A stretch of 13,655 nt of DNA from Abditibacteriaceae bacterium. Its GTDB lineage: Bacteria > Armatimonadota > Abditibacteriia > Abditibacteriales > Abditibacteriaceae. A program made the position numbers and the translations under genes. Position 1 is the first letter of the stretch, and the number at the start of each line of letters is the position of its first letter. The DNA lies in the NCBI GenBank assembly GCA_031425655.1, contig JANPJS010000087.1, positions 1-13,655 on the forward strand, read 5' to 3'. The notes beneath the pieces are model-generated. The model searched no databases. It was given only the letters and a program-made list of their open reading frames with translations, and was not told the origin of the DNA. Below, piece after piece: positions 7,554-13,655 of this stretch.

Positions 7554-7975
7554 CATCCGAGCCAGTTTTCCGGTCGGCACACCAGAACTTCAATCGAAGT
7601 CGAATCGAAGATTTTCTGCACGGCGACTTTGGCTTGATGCACGACTTCGCTCAGGCCCGAATCTACGGATAAGCCATTCGACGGCTCTTCAAGCCACGGC
7701 GGAATCGGCATCAATTCGCCCTGCACCGCAGCGACGACTTGGCCCAGTGTAATTTCGTCGGGGCTGCGGCTGAGTTTATAGCCGCCGCGCTGGCCTTTTT
7801 TGCTGTCCACGATTCCGGCGTTGCGTAAATCGAGCAGCACTTGCTCCAGATATTTGCGAGGAATATGGCACGCTTCGGCGATGTCGGCGATATTGCCCCA
7901 TTCGTCGCGGGCGTGTGTGCGAATTAAATAAGCAAGGGTTTGAAAGGCATATTTCGAGGTTTGACCCAGTCGCAT
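7553..7975 (-). CDS. Rrf2 family transcriptional regulator lacking the three-Cys Fe-S motif (CymR-like), 140 aa
   Basis: MRLGQTSKYAFQTLAYL, IADIAEACHIPRKYLEQVLLDLRNAGIVDSKKGQRGGYKL and ITLGQVV match the Rrf2 winged helix. Start moved from 8371 to the ATG at 7975, where family similarity begins. Confidence 0.92.
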   Translation of the reverse strand: MRLGQTSKYAFQTLAYLIRTHARDEWGNIADIAEACHIPRKYLEQVLLDLRNAGIVDSKKGQRGGYKLSRSPDEITLGQVVAAVQGELMPIPPWLEEPSNGLSVDSGLSEVVHQAKVAVQKIFDSTSIEVLVCRPENWLG

Positions 7976-7982
7976 AGCTGAA

Positions 7983-7988
7983 AGTCTA
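7983..7988 (-). promoter_or_regulatory. Putative -10 box (TAGACT) for a leaderless Rrf2 transcript
   Basis: The minus strand reads TAGACT-ttcagct-ATG (7-nt gap) with no Shine-Dalgarno sequence. Confidence 0.5.
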
Positions 7989-8004
7989 CACGGGATAAGG
8001 GGGA

Positions 8005-8081
8005 AAGGCGGAAGGATGAAGGCGGAAGGATGAAAAAGCGCCTGCGGCGCCTGAATTTCCGCCTTCCGCCTTCCGCCTTCA
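8005..8081. repeat. Palindrome of 7-nt tandem repeats (AAGGCGG/AAGGATG) between the DUF442-like and Rrf2 genes
   Basis: AAGGCGG AAGGATG AAGGCGG AAGGATG AA (8005-8034), a spacer containing mini-hairpin GCGCC-TGC-GGCGC (8038-8050), then TTCCGCC x3 and TTCA (8057-8081). Confidence 0.9.
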
Positions 8082-8546
8082 ATAATCCGGCGCTCGTTCG
8101 GCGGGCGAGTGGCGACGAATGTAATCTTCGACGAAGGCGCGATACGGCGAATCGGCGCCGGGCGCGATGCCGAGTTTCTCGCCTTGCTCCATTGCTTGCG
8201 CCACGCTCCAACCATGTTTAATGGCGAGATGCAGCAAAACCATGATTCCCGCGCGCCCGCCGCTGCCGCAATGCGTAATCGCCGGCTGCGAAATGTCACT
8301 ATCCACCGCTTGAATAAAGCGATGCACGGCGATGTCGTCAAGCGTTTGCGGCGTGACGGGAATCGAAGCATAGCTGAGGCCGGTGCTTTCTACGATGCGC
8401 TCCTCGTCGGCGACGGCGCCTTCTTCGTCGGGGCCGCGCAAGTTCACAAGGGTGCGATAGCCGCTTTCGGCCAGGTTATGCAATTCGCCTTCGCTCGGTT
8501 GCCCGGCGATGAACAGTCCGGGCACGATTTCTCGTTCGTTTTTCAT
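8079..8546 (-). CDS. DUF442/Blh-like sulfurtransferase or phosphatase-fold protein, 155 aa
   Basis: IAGQPS, GYRTLVNLRGPDEE, GLSYASIPV and CX5R loop HCGSGGRAG. GGAGA RBS precedes the ATG at 8546, so the start is revised from 8639. Confidence 0.85.
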   Translation of the reverse strand: MKNEREIVPGLFIAGQPSEGELHNLAESGYRTLVNLRGPDEEGAVADEERIVESTGLSYASIPVTPQTLDDIAVHRFIQAVDSDISQPAITHCGSGGRAGIMVLLHLAIKHGWSVAQAMEQGEKLGIAPGADSPYRAFVEDYIRRHSPAERAPDY

Positions 8547-8574
8547 ATTTTCTCCGTTGATGAGATGCAACTTT

Positions 8575-8601
8575 GTGCGCCTGAGCAAATTTGAGGCGCA
8601 C
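8575..8601. repeat. Short inverted repeat immediately after the stop of 8602..9519
   Basis: GTGCGCCT (8575-8582), 11-nt loop, AGGCGCAC (8594-8601). No U-tract on the minus strand. Confidence 0.5.
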
Positions 8602-9519
8602 TTACAACGCCGGTTCGTCGCGCGTGATATTTTTGCCATCTTTGCGAAGCACGATGGAAAAAGGTTGAGGCCAACAATCGTTGATCGAAAGATCGGCTTT
8701 AAACGTGGCGTTACTGATGTTGGGTGGGAAAAACATAGTAGTGTCTACGTAAAAATTAATTTCAGCGGATTTACCATTCATCTGGCTATCCGATCCCTGG
8801 TAAAACTTCCACTGCGGGATCTTCCCTTTGTTAGTGTCCAGAACAATGTTGTCTAAAATCTTCTCACTCAGGCTTTCATTGGTGATGGAATCATCAAGCA
8901 GGGTCAGATGGACTGTCACTAACCACTTCCCGCCTTTTGCATAAATCAGCCACTGGGATGTGATGTTTTTCAGCTTGAAGGGTCGAATTTTATTTGGTTG
9001 CGGGCGGACGATGCGCTGTCCGACTTGCCGCAGCGGCAGTGAAAGTGAAACTTTGGGCGTCTTTCGCACCACGCGATGCAAGGAGTAATTCAACTGATCG
9101 CCGGAGGCAGTTAACCGTAAGTTAAGGCGACCCAGAGAAACCGGCACTTTTGCCAGTTTCAAACCGAATGTTCTATTCCACATTAAGTCTTCACGCCTCG
9201 CAGCCAAACAATCTGCATATCCCAACAACGGCAGCGCCGTCTCTTTGCCGTTCTTGACATAACTGATTTCGAGATCCGAATATTGCCGATAATTCAAATT
9301 GGGAGATGGCTCTTCTCCGCGCGGCAAATTGATTAGATGCGTTTTAACGACTAATCTCATATCGTAGCCTTTGAAGACTTCGAGCGGCGTAGCAGGCATT
9401 AGTTTGGCTTCGTCAATGACGATTTGAAATTCTTTTGCGGGTCGCCGCGAAAAATATGTGCCTACGCCAATCAAAAGCAAGCACGGCACAAGCATCCAGA
9501 ATAAGTCTTTGCGTTTCAT
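8602..9519 (-). CDS. Hypothetical protein with N-terminal membrane anchor or signal, 305 aa
   Basis: Long ORF fitting the gap; MKRKD followed by hydrophobic LFWMLVPCLLLIGVGTYF; visibly AT-richer than its neighbours; no recognised domain. Confidence 0.75.
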   Translation of the reverse strand: MKRKDLFWMLVPCLLLIGVGTYFSRRPAKEFQIVIDEAKLMPATPLEVFKGYDMRLVVKTHLINLPRGEEPSPNLNYRQYSDLEISYVKNGKETALPLLGYADCLAARREDLMWNRTFGLKLAKVPVSLGRLNLRLTASGDQLNYSLHRVVRKTPKVSLSLPLRQVGQRIVRPQPNKIRPFKLKNITSQWLIYAKGGKWLVTVHLTLLDDSITNESLSEKILDNIVLDTNKGKIPQWKFYQGSDSQMNGKSAEINFYVDTTMFFPPNISNATFKADLSINDCWPQPFSIVLRKDGKNITRDEPAL

Positions 9520-9581
9520 TGGTTATACTTTGCGGGCCGGAAAATTGACTTGATTATAACCGAACCTGAGGAGCCATTTAG

Positions 9582-11411
9582 GTGAAACGCACGCATCATT
9601 GCGGGGAATTAACCGCCGAACAGATAGGACAGACCGTGACTTTGTGCGGTTGGGCGAACGTCGTCCGCGACCAGTCGCATCAGGTGTTTTTGGATATGCG
9701 CGACCGCAGCGGGTTGGTGCAGTGCGTCGGCGACCGCGACAGCAATGCCGAAGCGCACGGCGCATTGGCCAGCGTAAAAAGCGAGTTTTGTGTGCAAATC
9801 ACCGGCGTGGTTGCGGCGCGCTTGCCGGGAAAAGAGAATCCGAAAATTAAAACCGGCGCCCTTGAAGTGCAAGTCAGCGAGGCGATTGTGCTCAACGCCT
9901 CGAAGACGCCGCCGTTCGACATCGCGGGCGAAATGGCCGCCGATGAAAACGTGCGTTTGCAATATCGTTATCTCGATCTGCGTCGCCAAAAAATGCGCGA
10001 TATGCTCGAAATGCGCTACCTGCTGACCAAGCACACACGCGACTTTCTACACGACGAAGGCTTTTGGGAAGTGGAAACGCCGCTTTTGTGGAAGTCCACA
10101 CCCGAAGGCGCACGCGAATACGTCGTGCCGACGCGCACGCATCCCGGCAAGGCGTTCGTGCTGCCGCAAAGCCCGCAAATCGCCAAGCAGTTGCTGATGG
10201 TCGGCGGCGTCGAGAAGTATTTCCAAATCGCGCGCTGCTTCCGCGACGAAAGCGCCCGTTCGGATCGCCAACCCGAATTCACCCAGATTGACATGGAAAT
10301 GAGCTTCGTCGAGCAGGACGATGTTTTGGCCGTAACGGAACGCTTGTTTCACTATTTGATGAGGGAAGTCAAAGGTGTGGAGATTCCGATTCCGTTTCCG
10401 CGCCTGACTTACGCCGAATCCATGCGCCGCTACGGAAGCGACAAACCCGACACGCGCTTTGGCCTCGAACTCGTAGATTTGGGCGACATCGCCGCTAATT
10501 CGCAATTCAAAGTCTTCAACAACGCGATTGCAAGCGGCGGACAAGTGAAAGCCATCTGCGCGCCCGGCTGCGCGGGTTATTCGCGCAAGGAAATCGAAGA
10601 ACTCACGGATTTAGTCAAGCGCTTCGGCGCGCGTGGTTTAGCGACGTTTGCGCTTGGCGAAAGCGAAATAAAGTCGCAGGTAGCCAAATTCTTCACCGGC
10701 GAGCAGATGCAGGAAATCTTTCGTCGCTGCGGCGCACAAACCGGCGATTTAGTGATGTGTGTGGCCGATAAACCCGGCGTCGTCGCGCAATCGCTCGACT
10801 TTTTGCGCCGTGAAATGGGCAAGCGTTTGAATCTGATTCCGCAAGACCAGTTCAACTTCCTGTGGATCGTAGACACGCCGATGTTTGAATACGACCCGGC
10901 GCAGAATCGTTTTGACGCCATGCACCATCCGTTTTGCCTGCCCAACCCGGAAGATATGGCCCTTGTCGAAGCCGGTTTCAGCAGCGAAATCGCATTAAGC
11001 GACGCTTCGCATCCCTGGGCCGGCGTGCGCTCGTGGCTTTACGATTTGGTGCTCAACGGCTGGGAATTGGCGAGCGGCTCGATTCGCTGCCATCGCCGCG
11101 AGGTTCAGGAGAAGATTTTCAACATCATCGGTTTGCCGTTGGACGAGGCGCAAAAGCGTTTCGGATTCATGCTCGACGCCTTTGAATATGGCGCGCCTCC
11201 ACACGGCGGCATCGCGCCCGGCTTCGACCGCACCGTAGCGATTTTAGCCGGCATCGCCGACGGCAACATCCGCGAAGTCATCGCCTTTCCCAAAACTTCC
11301 GGCGGCACCGATCCGTTGACCGGCGCGCCGACCGAGATTCCCGCCGAACGCTGGACGGAGTTGGGATTAGAAGCGGTAGCGCAAGACGAAATTCTCGATT
11401 TACCGGCGTGA
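9582..11411 (+). CDS. aspS: Aspartate--tRNA ligase, bacterial type, possibly non-discriminating
   Basis: MKRTHHCGEL, RLQYRYLDLRR, STPEGAR, LPQSPQ, YFQIARCFRDE, RQPEFTQIDMEMSF, YGSDKPD, MHHPF, YDLVLNG, YGAPPHGG and IREVIAFPK motifs; GTG start with GAGGAG RBS at 9568-9573. Confidence 0.98.
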   Translation: MKRTHHCGELTAEQIGQTVTLCGWANVVRDQSHQVFLDMRDRSGLVQCVGDRDSNAEAHGALASVKSEFCVQITGVVAARLPGKENPKIKTGALEVQVSEAIVLNASKTPPFDIAGEMAADENVRLQYRYLDLRRQKMRDMLEMRYLLTKHTRDFLHDEGFWEVETPLLWKSTPEGAREYVVPTRTHPGKAFVLPQSPQIAKQLLMVGGVEKYFQIARCFRDESARSDRQPEFTQIDMEMSFVEQDDVLAVTERLFHYLMREVKGVEIPIPFPRLTYAESMRRYGSDKPDTRFGLELVDLGDIAANSQFKVFNNAIASGGQVKAICAPGCAGYSRKEIEELTDLVKRFGARGLATFALGESEIKSQVAKFFTGEQMQEIFRRCGAQTGDLVMCVADKPGVVAQSLDFLRREMGKRLNLIPQDQFNFLWIVDTPMFEYDPAQNRFDAMHHPFCLPNPEDMALVEAGFSSEIALSDASHPWAGVRSWLYDLVLNGWELASGSIRCHRREVQEKIFNIIGLPLDEAQKRFGFMLDAFEYGAPPHGGIAPGFDRTVAILAGIADGNIREVIAFPKTSGGTDPLTGAPTEIPAERWTELGLEAVAQDEILDLPA

Positions 11412-11425
11412 CCAAGGAAACAATA

Positions 11426-11461
11426 AAAAGAGGCTCCGGCGCTAATGCCGGAGCCTCTTTT
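11426..11461. terminator. Bidirectional intrinsic terminator between aspS and the toxin gene
   Basis: AAAAGAGGCTCCGGC (11426-11440), loop GCTAAT, GCCGGAGCCTCTTTT (11447-11461), between convergent genes. Confidence 0.9.
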
Positions 11462-11462
11462 A

Positions 11463-11816
11463 TCAACCGTCAGCCCCTTCGTCGTCAGGTGTTGTCGGTG
11501 CATCGAGTAATCCCAAGTTCAACAAGCGTTGAGCCAAGCGATAAATATCGGCCTTGTCTCCTTCGCGGCGCAAACCGACAGCAACCACCAAAACAGTAAT
11601 GGTGCCTTCATTCAAGCGGTAGATAATCCGATAGCGTTGGCCAACGGATCGCACCGACCTAAAATCAGAAAACTCTCCACGAAGTGATTTGCCTTTTAAT
11701 TCGGGGCTGATAGCCAAACCATTAATTGCCTCAATGATGATTTGCCTCACGCGGGCATCTTTGATGCTTTGGAGCATCGCCAATGCCTGTGGAGTGATTT
11801 CGAGGTTCCACGTCAC
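11463..11816 (-). CDS. Type II toxin, RelE/ParE family, 117 aa
   Basis: WNLEITPQA, P..KGKSLRG, RSVRSVGQRYRIIY and VLVVAVGLR motifs. The GTG start at 11816 overlaps the antitoxin stop (GTGA), so the start is revised from 11846. Confidence 0.88.
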   Translation of the reverse strand: MTWNLEITPQALAMLQSIKDARVRQIIIEAINGLAISPELKGKSLRGEFSDFRSVRSVGQRYRIIYRLNEGTITVLVVAVGLRREGDKADIYRLAQRLLNLGLLDAPTTPDDEGADG

Positions 11817-12088
11817 GCCGTGAGGCGTGTTTTTGCCTTTTCCCATGGAATGGCTTCTCCCTGGGCGGCCTCGCGAACGCTCTGGCGCAATGCGGCCACG
11901 AGTTCAGGATCGCTCATTACTTCCAACGTCTCCACGATGGAATCGTAAAGTTCGTAGGGCATAATCGCCAGCACCGGCCTGCCATGGCGGGTAACAGTCA
12001 CGGCGCCGTCTTCGGAATCCTGCGCGAACTCGTCGGGCAATTGCGTCAGCTTGTTGCGGGCTTCCGCCATTGATAGTGTTCGAGCCAT
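11813..12088 (-). CDS. Type II antitoxin, Phd/YefM family, 91 aa
   Basis: SMAEARNKLTQL, AVTVTRHGRPVLAIM and SIVETLEVMSDPEL motifs; GGAAGGA RBS; upstream of and coupled to the toxin. Confidence 0.92.
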   Translation of the reverse strand: MARTLSMAEARNKLTQLPDEFAQDSEDGAVTVTRHGRPVLAIMPYELYDSIVETLEVMSDPELVAALRQSVREAAQGEAIPWEKAKTRLTA

Positions 12089-12170
12089 GTTGTCCTTCCG
12101 TTGCGAGTGTAAAACCGGTTAGTAGAGCCATAACAGGCAATAAAACGCCTTTTGGCTCAATTATCGTCCG

Positions 12171-12209
12171 GGTGCAATATATTGTGCAATTATTTGTGCA
12201 AAACGTCAA
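12171..12209 (-). promoter_or_regulatory. Putative TA promoter with operator repeats
   Basis: GTGCAA at 12172, 12184 and 12196 (12-bp period). The minus strand has TTGACG (12209-12204), 17-nt spacer, CACAAT (12186-12181). Confidence 0.6.
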
Positions 12210-12304
12210 CCGCGAGATTAGAAAACGGCGGAATCAGGCTTGCAATGCCGCGACGCAGCTATAATCATAGAACTGCAATGTTACACGGGAGCCAAAGGAA
12301 CATC

Positions 12305-12604
12305 ATGTTAATTCGAGCCGAAGACGAAAGCGTTTACAATTTGAACCACATTGAGCGGTTTGAGATCGCGGTCGTGGCGATTGAAGATGAGATTTCTAAA
12401 ATCTCCGAAAGTGCGTCCGAACGCGGCGGCGCGGTCTGTGAAGCGTTCGTTTTGCGAGCCTACATCGCCGGACAAGCGCACGATTTGGTCGGCCCTACGA
12501 CCAACCGCGAAGAAGCCGAAACTGCGCTGCATCGCATTTATAACATGGTTTCCGAGCGCGCCGATTTACAGTCGCACCGCTCCAATGCGTCGCGCTCGGT
12601 TTAG
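12305..12604 (+). CDS. Small hypothetical protein, 99 aa (MLIRAEDESVYNLNHIERFEI...)
   Basis: AAGGA RBS before the ATG at 12305 and TATAAT at 12260-12265. The upstream extension to 12152 overlaps the TA promoter and is unlikely. Confidence 0.65.
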   Translation: MLIRAEDESVYNLNHIERFEIAVVAIEDEISKISESASERGGAVCEAFVLRAYIAGQAHDLVGPTTNREEAETALHRIYNMVSERADLQSHRSNASRSV

Positions 12605-12623
12605 GCGGTGGACGGGCGTTTTT

Positions 12624-13358
12624 CTATGCAGCCAGATCGCTGGGCGGCGCGAACGAGTCCAGCAGGCTGAAGGCAAAAAAGGAGTAAGCGGCGAAAAACT
12701 CGAAAATCTCATCGTCCATCTGCGTGTAGTGACCCCAAGCGCTGAAGGGATGAAAACCTAAAGTGCCGAAGCGCAGGCCGATGACGATCCAGACGACGAG
12801 GCTGATGACATAAACGCGCTTGGCACCGGGAGACACGACAGGCAGGTTTTGGCGAAGAAGTGCGAAACGCGAGGCGTTTTTGTCGGTAATTCGCGGCAGC
12901 ACCAAGAAAAAAACCACGGTCAGCAAAAAGAAAACATTGCTGAAAACGCTGATCGAACCGATGTTATGAAGATTGGTTTCCCCTTGCTTGTTGATCGCCA
13001 GAAGTTGCTCCGGCCCCGCAAAGCCGACGACGCGCTGCCCCCAGCTTATTTCTTCCCCGCCACAAACTACGAAAAAGCCAATCAACAGGCAGGCGATTAT
13101 CCGGCGCGCGTTCGGCGCCCCGGTTTTCTTAAGCAAGCCGAACACCCCTGCCACGGCTGCCAAAAACCAGAAGAACGCCGAGCCATATTCGACGATCCCG
13201 TCTTCCTGAATCAGGCTGGTGTAGGCAGGGACGTTGAACAACGCGAGTGCCACCGCAATCATGCCCATAACCGCACCCAATCCGGCCAGCGCCGTGCTTA
13301 GGTCTCGCCCATTTATCGAAGCGGCTTGTTTGTGCATGGTTGAATTGCTCATAGCCAT
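12624..13358 (-). CDS. Conserved hypothetical integral membrane protein, 244 aa
   Basis: About 7 hydrophobic segments; QEDGIVEY, GEEISWGQR and NKQGETNLHN motifs typical of an uncharacterised membrane family; AAGGA RBS. Confidence 0.85.
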   Translation of the reverse strand: MAMSNSTMHKQAASINGRDLSTALAGLGAVMGMIAVALALFNVPAYTSLIQEDGIVEYGSAFFWFLAAVAGVFGLLKKTGAPNARRIIACLLIGFFVVCGGEEISWGQRVVGFAGPEQLLAINKQGETNLHNIGSISVFSNVFFLLTVVFFLVLPRITDKNASRFALLRQNLPVVSPGAKRVYVISLVVWIVIGLRFGTLGFHPFSAWGHYTQMDDEIFEFFAAYSFFAFSLLDSFAPPSDLAA

Positions 13359-13537
13359 AGTTTTCCTTTAACCTATTCGGATTAATCTATCCCCGAATAA
13401 GGCCGGGGGAATTGTGAAGTTGCATTACGACAACTGCGCTTCCGGTTCACGTTTTTCGCCAGATTGTATGTGGCCAAGCGACAGCAGGCAGAATAGTGTT
13501 ACATTTCCTTAATAAATAGTCCGGTAAGTTTTGGGAT

Positions 13538-13594
13538 AGAAAAAGGAAAGTCAGGGGGTTAGACCTTTGGTGTGAACAAAACCCACCCCCTGAC
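13538..13594 (-). terminator. Long-loop hairpin followed by a U-rich tract on the minus strand
   Basis: Perfect 10-bp stem GTCAGGGGGT (13550-13559) / ACCCCCTGAC (13585-13594) with a 25-nt interior. The minus strand continues TTTCCTTTTTCT. Confidence 0.5.
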
Positions 13595-13655
13595 ACAGGC
13601 TTTGGGCCTGGTAGAGAGCATTTTAAGCGAGATGGATGGCCTGAGCAAACCGCGA

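Noticed and set aside
5867..8081. CRISPR array interpretation of the short repeats
   Set aside because: The units are 7 nt, tandem and inverted, without unique spacers, and no cas genes are present.
7976..8371. 132-aa N-terminal extension of the Rrf2 ORF
   Set aside because: It overlaps the DUF442-like gene in another frame and runs through the heptamer repeat. Rrf2 similarity begins at the ATG at 7975.
11463..12604. Integrated mobile element carrying the TA pair
   Set aside because: No integrase, transposase, terminal repeats or target duplication were found.
13590..13655. Purine riboswitch suggested by minus-strand CUCUACCAGGC...GCCUG
   Set aside because: The loop lacks the CCGUAAA consensus, no P2 with an AUAUGG-type loop is visible, and the downstream gene context does not fit.

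Overview
GC-rich bacterial chromosomal window with no rRNA, tRNA, CRISPR array or intact transposase visible. Gene order: probable 3' end of an upstream gene and a terminator; an MFS transporter; four tandem paralogous secreted ~280-aa proteins; purN-purH; on the minus strand an Rrf2 regulator, a DUF442-like CX5R protein and an AT-richer membrane-anchored hypothetical; aspS; a convergent Phd/YefM-RelE toxin-antitoxin pair; a small hypothetical; and a conserved membrane protein. Most notable: (1) the four paralogs share a near-invariant scaffold with two hypervariable loops and show traces of unequal crossover and possible gene conversion; (2) three palindromes built from unrelated 7-nt tandem repeats occupy gene junctions within 2.2 kb, each abutting or overlapping a stop codon; (3) a promoter-short leader-terminator unit upstream of purN-purH matches no riboswitch I recognise; (4) three genes have a -10 box 6-7 nt before the ATG, suggesting leaderless mRNAs. 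All family calls are from motif recognition by eye, with no database searches.
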